Shown one piece after another: positions 9,490-17,812 of a stretch of DNA of 64,000 nt; position 1 is the stretch's first letter; each line of letters starts with the position of its first letter. Position numbers and translations under genes: made by a program. The stretch is from positions 31,420 to 95,419 of the forward strand of contig DAOI01000008.1 in assembly GCA_002501805.1 (NCBI GenBank). The letters run 5' to 3'. The notes under the pieces are model-generated. The model ran no database searches, was not told where the DNA came from, and saw only the letters and a program-made list of their open reading frames with translations. This stretch comes from Euryarchaeota archaeon UBA463 (GTDB lineage: Archaea; Thermoplasmatota; Poseidoniia; Poseidoniales; Thalassarchaeaceae).

Positions 9490-12400
9490 CAGTAGTCATC
9501 CTCCATTTTGACTGCGCATATACTACTCACCGGGCAGTATCTGCATGCTGATTTGGATGGAGTTGGGTGTACTCTGCCTTCCACGGCCCCATGAGCAACC
9601 CCTAATGCAACTGAAAGTCGCTGGGCCATCCATGCTCTGAAGGGATCGCTCTTGGGATCGGTTGATTCGTCTGGGAATCTATGCAATCTGCTGGTCAGAG
9701 AAGTGGTCGTGCCTACTGACAGTGATTCTAATTCTGATCGATGGTTGCCTGAAGGCTCAACGAGATGTTCTGTAGAATGGCCAATGGTTGAGATACCAGC
9801 CCCTACAACCAAGTCTCCTGGGTGGTTGATCTCCCATGCTCTGGAATAAATTGCTAGTTGAAGTTCGTTGAGAAGGCCTTCCTTATTCCTATCTGAAGGC
9901 TTTTTCTCTGAGGTCTTCAAATCTCTGATAATTACTCTTCTACGAGGTTTCCAATCATTCGTTTCGAAGAGTCTTAGTGGAGCTATCTCATTTGATCCGC
10001 CATCGTCTAGCCATTCATTGCCTTCTTTATCGAATGGAATTATATCTACCCTGTCTATCTTCCCATTGATCATTATGGAAGGCAATTCTATCTGATTCGG
10101 ACTGGTTTCATTTTGATTCAGAGAAATTTCTGAACCTGTCTCTGAACCATTAGAAATTTCCCATTCCAAAGCAATGGGCATTGAGTCTGAAAGTTGCATT
10201 TCTGATCTTATCATAGCTCCTATTCTACCTCCTAGCGGAGCTTTGACTGGGTTGGCTAGCCAATCTTTCCATTCACTGTGTGACATTCCGGTGAGCATTC
10301 TGAGTCTGAAGGTGGAAACACCATCGGATCGTTCCAGCCATGGTGCAAGTTTGTCGAGGATTTCGAGGGCTTTCTGCATAATCTCTTGCTCTTCTAATCC
10401 CGAATCGGCTAGATTGGTAGGAAAATGCCCATCTAGAGCTCCTGATATGTCCCTTTCCACTTGCTCTTGCATGCCTAGGACCTCACAAATAAGATCGTGA
10501 TGTACCTGGTGAAGGAGGTCCCCATGGATTCTCGGATCAAGATCTTCGCTCTGTGTCTCTTCGTCTCTAATTCTGAGTCCTCTGGATAGCCATCCTCTTC
10601 GAGGGCATTTAGCCCATTCTTGTAGCCTGCTTGGCGACCATAGTTGTATTTCTTGATTGGCGCCATCTGAGTGGCCATGTCTGCTATCCGATACGACTGA
10701 CCCGGACGGTAGTGGAGTAAATGGCCGGGGGTCAATGGTTACGGAGTTCTTTCCGTCGCTACTGGTGGCTCCGATGACTGGCCATCTAGTAGAATTACGA
10801 GGATTGTCTACTCCCTCTGGAGTCTTCCTAGTCAAATCGTCGTAGTCGAACAAAATAACCCTGTTTCTATATTCGGCGGGAAGGTATCCTTCCGAGTCCG
10901 CCTTGCTAGGTTGCCTTCTCTCCCTATCCCTCTGAAGCTCTACATCGAGGGGAATGGTAATCGCACTGGGATTAAGGGGAGGATTGCTTGAATTCTTCAT
11001 GTTTCGAAGGAGTACTCCATCAAGTTGCTTAATGTCCCTGGGGCCAAGATTCTCCTCGGAGTTTGGATCGAAATGGACTGGTGGGGTACAGTAATCCAGA
11101 ATTTCCTCCAAGGGAGGTGCCAGAGGTGTGGACTTATCCAAGCTGGGATCTATCAAAATCACTTTACTACAGCAATTGAGAATATGATAGATGTGATGAC
11201 GGGCCCTAGTGATAGGGACGTCTGGTCTCAGAAGCTCGAACTTGTGTCTCTCCATTTCTCCTATGAAGGGTATTTTCGGCGACCTGAGATTCCAAGAGGG
11301 TGCTGATGTATTGGCGAGTATAGCTATGTCTGAGTTGCAACCGAGAGCGTCTTTTGGTGCCATGACTTTTAGTCTGGAGCTGATACCTGATATCGGAACC
11401 GGAAGAGAAGCGGTCTTGAGTATAGATGATAGCTCTGATACCCATTCTGAGCCTCCTGTAGGATGAGGCTGTCCGACTGAGCTTTGCAGTGACCTCAAGG
11501 ACTCGTGCTCAGTTGTTATTGCATTTATGATGGAAGATATCGGTATTGTGTTTCCATCGAGTGAATCCACTGACATGGCAGTGTCTATTTGTTGAACAGT
11601 TCTAACGAGCCACTCATCCCCGGTAGATGGCGAGTTGGGCACTTCGAGAAGTTTTCCTGAGTGGCATCCAGTGAGAAGTCTTTGATCGGACAGAAGTGCT
11701 CTATCTGTCTTTTCTAGAAGTGGGAGTATTGACGACGCGAGTGCGATCATCCACCACTGAGTTGATTCTCGTGAGGGGCCCTTTTCGTCTTTCTTGGAGG
11801 GCCTGCATAGAGCCTCCATCCATCTCTCTAAAGCTCCTGGACCTCCTAGAATATGCTCTGACCTTGCAATTTGAGAAAGGAGCTCGATGTCAGGACGAGG
11901 CGCTATGCCACTGGTGCTGTCCTCGTTGTGGAAAGGAGAAAACGAGGAGAGTGATTCCTGTACAGCCAACAGTCTTAGCTTCTCCATTGAGAAAGAATTC
12001 GAGCCGTTACCGATGTTAGCCAACTCATGTAACCAGTGACCTAATGGAGAATATGTGATGGGATTCTTTAGTCCCGATATGGGCAGTCCCAAATCATGTA
12101 TGATTTTGTTCCATCTGGATTGATTTTCTTCAAATGATGGATCGATGATTAAGACTGTTGAATTCGGTTCCTCGGATAGAAAGCCTCTGGCAATTGAAAT
12201 AGAAGCCTCGAAAGACTGTTCCTCTCTATTAACAAAAACCCTGTCGACAGTTGGGGCATCTTTGTGATTGGATATATCGTGTCTGGGAATCCATTTTGGC
12301 AAATCATCTGGATCGGTTATCGGAAAATCATCCACCAGTTGAAACCCGTGAAATCCTAATCTATAACTCCCAGGGTATGTCAATTGATGAATGGGGCGAA

Positions 12401-13094
12401 TTTTAGAAAGGGCGCTGAGTAGTTCCTGATCTGACTTGTTGATTGGGGAGGCATGATCAAGAATGATAATGCCATCAATATCCAGTAGTGTGAAAGGAGT
12501 TTCAACGAGTTCAATACCTTCCAGTATCTTAGAGGTTAGAAAGTCGGGATGAGTACCTCCCGTCTTCGATTCAATGTCTCTTAGAATCTCTATGAAAGAG
12601 TGTATTCCTGGACCGTCCCATGAGTCTGCAGAGGATTCTTTTGACAGGAAAGTGTGTAGCTCTGAGAGAGCGGTGGTCTTCCCCTCCCCCCAATGCATAT
12701 TAGGCAGTGGATTGATGAGGGGGAAGGAAAGATTGGATGCTCTTTCTGAGCAGAAATTATGCAGTACCAAGTCAAAGGAAGGTCCCAAAGAAATCTTTCT
12801 CGGAATCCTTAGGTCCGCCATTAGGGAGGACTTGAGTGACTCCAGAGTGTGGTGGAGTGTCCTGTCGAAAGCGAAACCAATATCGCTGAGCATAGACATC
12901 TGTTGTCTTCTGCTGTTCTCATTAGCGTATATTGTGAGGATTTTCGAAGGGCCCCCATTGGAAATAGGTCGAGGATCTATTGCCTGATTGACGAAATGAT
13001 CGAAGAGCCAGTTCGGAATTGTTCCAACTGGAGTCTCTTCAATTGTAATTGAGTCCTCATTCGACTTCATCGAGTCCCTCCTAGAATCAGCCAT
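9489..13094 (-). CDS. addB: AddB-like subunit: degenerate helicase-like N-terminus plus C-terminal RecB-family nuclease with 4-Cys (Fe-S type) motif
   Basis: C-terminal nuclease motifs: CPRRGWL...GDLLHQVHH...GKIDRVDII...IIRDLKTSEK...QLAIYSRA...CRYCPVSSIC. No GxGKT Walker A is visible in the N-terminal region. It sits immediately upstream of, and is coupled to, the AddA-like gene, the same order as the bacterial addB-addA operon. Confidence 0.75.
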   Translation of the reverse strand: MADSRRDSMKSNEDSITIEETPVGTIPNWLFDHFVNQAIDPRPISNGGPSKILTIYANENSRRQQMSMLSDIGFAFDRTLHHTLESLKSSLMADLRIPRKISLGPSFDLVLHNFCSERASNLSFPLINPLPNMHWGEGKTTALSELHTFLSKESSADSWDGPGIHSFIEILRDIESKTGGTHPDFLTSKILEGIELVETPFTLLDIDGIIILDHASPINKSDQELLSALSKIRPIHQLTYPGSYRLGFHGFQLVDDFPITDPDDLPKWIPRHDISNHKDAPTVDRVFVNREEQSFEASISIARGFLSEEPNSTVLIIDPSFEENQSRWNKIIHDLGLPISGLKNPITYSPLGHWLHELANIGNGSNSFSMEKLRLLAVQESLSSFSPFHNEDSTSGIAPRPDIELLSQIARSEHILGGPGALERWMEALCRPSKKDEKGPSRESTQWWMIALASSILPLLEKTDRALLSDQRLLTGCHSGKLLEVPNSPSTGDEWLVRTVQQIDTAMSVDSLDGNTIPISSIINAITTEHESLRSLQSSVGQPHPTGGSEWVSELSSILKTASLPVPISGISSRLKVMAPKDALGCNSDIAILANTSAPSWNLRSPKIPFIGEMERHKFELLRPDVPITRARHHIYHILNCCSKVILIDPSLDKSTPLAPPLEEILDYCTPPVHFDPNSEENLGPRDIKQLDGVLLRNMKNSSNPPLNPSAITIPLDVELQRDRERRQPSKADSEGYLPAEYRNRVILFDYDDLTRKTPEGVDNPRNSTRWPVIGATSSDGKNSVTIDPRPFTPLPSGSVVSDSRHGHSDGANQEIQLWSPSRLQEWAKCPRRGWLSRGLRIRDEETQSEDLDPRIHGDLLHQVHHDLICEVLGMQEQVERDISGALDGHFPTNLADSGLEEQEIMQKALEILDKLAPWLERSDGVSTFRLRMLTGMSHSEWKDWLANPVKAPLGGRIGAMIRSEMQLSDSMPIALEWEISNGSETGSEISLNQNETSPNQIELPSIMINGKIDRVDIIPFDKEGNEWLDDGGSNEIAPLRLFETNDWKPRRRVIIRDLKTSEKKPSDRNKEGLLNELQLAIYSRAWEINHPGDLVVGAGISTIGHSTEHLVEPSGNHRSELESLSVGTTTSLTSRLHRFPDESTDPKSDPFRAWMAQRLSVALGVAHGAVEGRVHPTPSKSACRYCPVSSICAVKMEDDY

Positions 13095-13135
13095 GGACGG
13101 CGGGGGTTATTCAACCCAACTGAGAGAAATGGTAT

Positions 13136-14077
13136 TTAGGACAGTCTAGGACCTCTAACGTAAGCCATAGCAACCAATGATGTTAGCAGATAGGCTATGC
13201 TCGGAGGCGGAAGGGGAGATTCAGACGGAGAGCTATCAACAAGCCAATCGACCAGTATTGCTACTTTCAGGTCGTCTCCATCCCATAGCGACGGGAGGGG
13301 GACTTCTAATGTCCCTGATGAGTACTGACTAGAGTCCAGTGAAAGTGCCTCAAGAAGAACGTGTTCATATGTCTCTAATCCATTCGATCCATCTGGAAAA
13401 TATGCCTCCTCTTCTATTAGAAGAATCCATGGTTCTAAGATATACTCTTCTTGTGTGACAATAGCTAGCGAGGAAATGTCCCAATCAAAATTAATGAAGT
13501 CCCCTGTCTGGTTTAGATTGAGTATTATATTTCCATTGAGGGGGCCGGTTGCTCCCATGGATAGGGAGGCAGTGTAATCGTCCATCAAAGAGTCTGAGTT
13601 GGACCTAGAACCGTAATGCATCCTCTCACCATCAACAACCTTTGTGGGCGCTAGTCGGGGTGCCCCCCCATTGAGGGTCACAGCGTGACCATAGATGTTC
13701 GTCCATCGCTCTTCGGTACTATTACTACCGAAAGGGTCACGTGGCTCAAACCAATGTCTATGATAGTGAATTAGTTCTACATTTGAGTCTCCTATGGCCT
13801 CGTTCATTATACCCTGCGTAGTTACGCAGTTAGTACACCATGTAGCTGTGTATATCTCAATTAAACTCGGCATTTCATCTACATTGTAGGAGTGTGTTTC
13901 TTCAGTATCATTATTCGAGGAGAGGTTCCAATGCACTGTGAAACCGATCGTTCCACCGTCTACTTGGACACCATCGGAGTCATACCTAGCATGGTCCCAG
14001 AACTGTTCTGTGGCGGCACTGGCCTGTAATGGAAGAAGAATCACTATCGTCATCATTACTGCCAAGATAACTCTCAT
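13136..14077 (-). CDS. Secreted/anchored protein with a thioredoxin-like CxxC motif
   Basis: N-terminal signal peptide (MRVILAVMMTIVILLPLQASA), a WCTNC motif, and a C-terminal hydrophobic anchor (IAYLLTSLVAMAYV) after a P/S-rich linker. Function not assignable. Confidence 0.45.
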   Translation of the reverse strand: MRVILAVMMTIVILLPLQASAATEQFWDHARYDSDGVQVDGGTIGFTVHWNLSSNNDTEETHSYNVDEMPSLIEIYTATWCTNCVTTQGIMNEAIGDSNVELIHYHRHWFEPRDPFGSNSTEERWTNIYGHAVTLNGGAPRLAPTKVVDGERMHYGSRSNSDSLMDDYTASLSMGATGPLNGNIILNLNQTGDFINFDWDISSLAIVTQEEYILEPWILLIEEEAYFPDGSNGLETYEHVLLEALSLDSSQYSSGTLEVPLPSLWDGDDLKVAILVDWLVDSSPSESPLPPPSIAYLLTSLVAMAYVRGPRLS

Positions 14078-14113
14078 GATACTTGGCGGAAGATTGTATT
14101 ATTGAAGAGTTAC

Positions 14114-15187
14114 TCATAGTTGTGCTGAATCTAGGGCACTGATTGTCCTCTGTACATCATCGTCGGTTATGTGCAGGTGTGTTACTATTCTTATTGTAGA
14201 GCTGTCAATTGTAAGGGCTTGAATGCCCATCCTTTCCAATCTAGAGATTAGCTCCTCGGCCCCTCCCTTGTCACATTTAACATACACCATGTTTGTCTGT
14301 ACTTGTTCAAGATCGACTTCATAGGAATCCATTCTGTCAAGAGCTGTTGCTATCTCCATAGCCCTGTCATGATCTTCTGAGAGTCTGTCGATGTTGTTCT
14401 CCAGGGAGTATATCCCAGCGGCCGCCAGTACTCCTGCCTGCCTCATCCCCCCTCCGAACATTTTTCTCCACCTGTGTGCTTTGTAGAGGGTTTCGGTCGA
14501 ACCCACTAGTACACTTCCCACAGGAGCCCCAAGTCCCTTGCTGAGACATACCGAGATACTATCGTACTCCCTAGCCATTCTCCTGGGACTCAGTGAGCTG
14601 GATATTGAAGCGTTGAAAATCCTAGCTCCGTCTATGTGGGACCTGCAATTGTTTTCCCTGGCAATCTTGGCGATTCCATCCAGTTTTTCCTTGGAGTAGC
14701 AGGTCCCTCCTCCACGATTAGAGGTATTCTCCACACATACCATGCTTCCGTTAGGATAGTGTCCTAGGCTTCCGTCACCTTTCCTAATTGAGGCTTCCAC
14801 ATCAGCTGGATCCATTATGCCTCCCTCTCCTGGAACGAGAGCTATTGAGCACCCTGATAGAGCAGCATATCCACCTCCCTCGTAAACGTAAATATGGCTG
14901 TATCTCTCTGTTATGACCTCGTCTCCAGGCTCGGTCTGCGCCCTAATAGCAATCGCGTTCGACATAGTTCCCGATGGGACAAAGAGTGCCTCTTCCTTTC
15001 CGAAAATATCTGCTACCATCTCCTGGAGCTCAATAACGGTGGGGTCGTCACCCAATACATCATCACCCACAGATGCCTTAGCCATAGCCTCTCTCATCTC
15101 TGGAGTAGGCTGGGTGACAGTGTCGCTTCTCAGGTCCACCAGCTCGCTAGGATAGTGTCGCATAGGGGTCCCAGAAGGTGTTTGCAT
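14114..15187 (-). CDS. ltaE: Low-specificity L-threonine aldolase (PLP-dependent)
   Basis: N-terminal [18 protein letters not shown], the signature of the threonine aldolase / beta-eliminating lyase family. GTMSNAIAI, and [11 protein letters not shown] containing the PLP lysine. Confidence 0.85.
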   Translation of the reverse strand: MQTPSGTPMRHYPSELVDLRSDTVTQPTPEMREAMAKASVGDDVLGDDPTVIELQEMVADIFGKEEALFVPSGTMSNAIAIRAQTEPGDEVITERYSHIYVYEGGGYAALSGCSIALVPGEGGIMDPADVEASIRKGDGSLGHYPNGSMVCVENTSNRGGGTCYSKEKLDGIAKIARENNCRSHIDGARIFNASISSSLSPRRMAREYDSISVCLSKGLGAPVGSVLVGSTETLYKAHRWRKMFGGGMRQAGVLAAAGIYSLENNIDRLSEDHDRAMEIATALDRMDSYEVDLEQVQTNMVYVKCDKGGAEELISRLERMGIQALTIDSSTIRIVTHLHITDDDVQRTISALDSAQL

Positions 15188-15370
15188 ATCAAATGAGTAT
15201 GAAAGCGGTAATTTTCACATACAGTGCTACGCACTGAAAAAAAATTACATTTAAACTGGAGGAAACTAGATATTTTTCTGGATATCAGGTGTTTTCAACT
15301 ACACCGGCTATTATCAGAAACCTCAAAATTTGCTATTTTAAGCATTTTTTTTAGGTCTTAGTTATAAGAT

Positions 15371-16054
15371 ATGAGTCATGTGGGCAACCGCTCACTGAGT
15401 GAGGAGGAAAAAACAATGGAAATGGATATGAACGCGATGAAAGAAGAGATTGGCGGTGCCTTCGTGGTAGCGTGGCTCGTGGTTGGCATGGGCTGGGGAA
15501 GCCTTGGTGCGGCTGTCGTTATGGCAGGTGTATGGATGGCATTCTCAGGTGCTCACGTACTACCGGTGATAACATGGATGCATATGATGACAGGAGATCT
15601 CAGTGACGCTGAGGGCAACTGGATGCCTAACGGTATGCGACTGCTAGCGCAGATCGTAGGAGCCCTATTGGCCATCCTAATGATGACCGAGATGGGAGCG
15701 ATAGAGTCGACATGGGATCAAGTACAACCAGGATTCGATGCACCTGATGCATGGGGGGCGATTACGATGGTAGCCGCTGGTGCTATCTTCTGGACAATAC
15801 ACACCAGAGCTGATTCAGCATGGGTGAGCGGTTTCGCCGTAATGGCTCTAGCTGGAATGATGGGGATGACCTACGATGTAATGGCTGGAGAAGTCGTTGC
15901 TGCTACAGTAAGTACGACCGGTGCCGGTGAAATGGCATCATCAATCGCTAGTTCAGGTCACGAGATTGCAGCAATTGCACAGGCCTGGATAGTTGACGGT
16001 CTTCTCTGCGGTCTTGGGGCACTAGTTGCTGTCAAGGTCGACGAGATGGTCTGA
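15371..16054 (+). CDS. Divergent MIP/aquaporin-like membrane protein with a degenerate NPA motif
   Basis: About 6 hydrophobic helices. FSGAHVLPVITW aligns with the MIP signature SGAH(L/I)NPAVT, but NPA is replaced by LPV. LLAQIVGALLA resembles the following MIP helix. No second NPA was seen. Confidence 0.4.
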   Translation: MSHVGNRSLSEEEKTMEMDMNAMKEEIGGAFVVAWLVVGMGWGSLGAAVVMAGVWMAFSGAHVLPVITWMHMMTGDLSDAEGNWMPNGMRLLAQIVGALLAILMMTEMGAIESTWDQVQPGFDAPDAWGAITMVAAGAIFWTIHTRADSAWVSGFAVMALAGMMGMTYDVMAGEVVAATVSTTGAGEMASSIASSGHEIAAIAQAWIVDGLLCGLGALVAVKVDEMV

Positions 16055-16088
16055 AATCTATAACAGGACCAAGAAAACGTAAGGCGGG

Positions 16089-16108
16089 CTGGGGGGATTT
16101 CCTCCCAG
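16089..16108. terminator. Imperfect GC-rich hairpin between convergent genes
   Basis: ctggggggatttcctcccag: 7-8 bp arms with one mismatch, in the 85-nt gap between the MIP-like gene (+) and pth2 (-). Confidence 0.3.
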
Positions 16109-16139
16109 TCTGCCGATTATCAAAAATATCTCAATGAAT

Positions 16140-16484
16140 TCACTTCACTAGTGGAAGGCTACTAGTGATTGAGTCAATGTCACTTCTCTTACCCGGACCT
16201 AGACCAACCACAGTCACTGTTCCCGGGGGAATCTCGGTATGTCCAGCATCCTTCACCATGCAGGATATTATTCCGCTCTCCGCGGCTTCTCCATATATCC
16301 TCCTCAGCCCTTCTAGGTGAGGGGCAGAGACGACAATCTTCCTAGCGCCTTCTCTGAGATACCTGTCGAGCATTCTACTATCCTTGGAGCTTGCCTTGAG
16401 TACGCACTCTGATACTGCATGTCCACACTGTGCCGCCAGCTTCCCCTTGGTTAGATTTAGATCGGCCCTAGTGACTAGGACCAT
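16140..16484 (-). CDS. pth2: Peptidyl-tRNA hydrolase, archaeal/eukaryotic Pth2 type
   Basis: 114 aa. MVLVTRADLNLTKGKLAAQCGHA matches the PTH2 N-terminal signature, and the C-terminus reads TVVGLGP. Confidence 0.85.
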   Translation of the reverse strand: MVLVTRADLNLTKGKLAAQCGHAVSECVLKASSKDSRMLDRYLREGARKIVVSAPHLEGLRRIYGEAAESGIISCMVKDAGHTEIPPGTVTVVGLGPGKRSDIDSITSSLPLVK

Positions 16485-16491
16485 GGTTAGC

Positions 16492-17142
16492 TCAGATGCT
16501 ACTCTTGACAGGGCTTACCACCACCTCTCTACTAGTAGAGTGCCTTGACATGATATCGGATATCGGCTCGGCCATCCACGCTGCGAAGGCGATATTGCCG
16601 ACGCCGTGGACCAAATCGAATGGTAGGCCCGCCAATATGTACACTGGAAGAGTCTCAAGAGGGAGGGTGTGCAATACGCTTGCTGAGACGACCCAGTCGA
16701 AAACGAAGGCTACAACGAATGAGACACTGGCCACTCTAGGAACGGAAATCTTGTCATCGACCCTGAGGCTCTGCGATAGCAAGGCACCCGTTACTCCAAC
16801 TAGTGACCATCCCAGTGCCTGGTAAAATGTCCAGAGGCCATGGCCCATTACCAGATTAGATGAGATTGCGATTATCGTGGCCACACTAATAGATCTTGTA
16901 GCCCCGTAATGAATTCCCACCAGAAGCACAACCACGGTAACCGGTTGCACGTTGGGGAGCGGTTCGAGGAGTATCCTTCCCGTGATTGCGAATATGGTCA
17001 TCAATGCGAGGATTGTCAGGTCACTTCCGGAATCTAGGGATTTCTCGGCCTTCCACATTGACCATGCCACTACTGCCAACAAGGAGAGATTGAGAACAAG
17101 TGTCTCGAAGGGGGAGAGAACTATTGCATGTGCGTCCAGCAT
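16492..17142 (-). CDS. Polytopic membrane protein, possibly an ECF-type S (substrate-capture) component
   Basis: 216 aa with 6 hydrophobic helices. Size and topology fit ECF S-components, and it lies directly downstream of a DUF4430-like secreted protein. No diagnostic motif, so the call is tentative. Confidence 0.4.
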   Translation of the reverse strand: MLDAHAIVLSPFETLVLNLSLLAVVAWSMWKAEKSLDSGSDLTILALMTIFAITGRILLEPLPNVQPVTVVVLLVGIHYGATRSISVATIIAISSNLVMGHGLWTFYQALGWSLVGVTGALLSQSLRVDDKISVPRVASVSFVVAFVFDWVVSASVLHTLPLETLPVYILAGLPFDLVHGVGNIAFAAWMAEPISDIMSRHSTSREVVVSPVKSSI

Positions 17143-17201
17143 TGTATCACTCTCCCAGTGATGAGAGGGCCAGTCTATTCATAATTCCGCTCATAAAGTA
17201 C

Positions 17202-17756
17202 TCACCATGTCTCTATATTCCAACTTATTACATCGCCCTCTTCCATCACCAAACTGCCAATTCCGACCACGGAGTACCGGCCATTATGGGTCAGGCTCCA
17301 GTATGCTCCGTTGAAATCGCCTTGGACCTCTTGATCGTTCAGGCCTCCAATAGTATGGACGAATTCCCCCCAGTTGGGGTTCACGGAGTACCCCACGGCC
17401 AAGTGCCCTCCGGCGACCCTTGTTGCGTCCATCATGAAATTCATCCCATCTGTGTAACCCTCGAACCCCCCAACGCAAGCGCCAGTTAGATTGAGGTCGT
17501 AATTGACTCCGATCATGGAACCATCAGCATTAATCATCGAAACCCCCGAAGAATATACAGGATGAGGATGTTCCACTGGGAAGTAAATGCATATCGCTTG
17601 GTTTTCATCCCATTCGTTTGGCAGTCCGACGTGAGATGACTCGCTATCACTTACGAATCTAGCAACCTCTTCGTTAACTGAGTCTGTGATGAAAGGTAGA
17701 AGGAGTAACACGGTATAAAGTAAGGCAATGGAACCTAGTCTAAGTTTATCCGACAT
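17202..17756 (-). CDS. Secreted DUF4430 (transcobalamin-like) domain protein
   Basis: Signal anchor (LRLGSIALLYTVLLLLPF). The C-terminal region GAYWSLTHNGRYSVVGIGSLVMEEGDVISWNIETW matches the DUF4430 pattern (W.y.vNg....g......l.dGD.i.w.y). Confidence 0.55.
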   Translation of the reverse strand: MSDKLRLGSIALLYTVLLLLPFITDSVNEEVARFVSDSESSHVGLPNEWDENQAICIYFPVEHPHPVYSSGVSMINADGSMIGVNYDLNLTGACVGGFEGYTDGMNFMMDATRVAGGHLAVGYSVNPNWGEFVHTIGGLNDQEVQGDFNGAYWSLTHNGRYSVVGIGSLVMEEGDVISWNIETW

Positions 17757-17812
17757 GGAGTTATTTCCATGGTAATTGGGTCCTTAAATTTTGCAGTTAT
17801 TACATCCTAACT

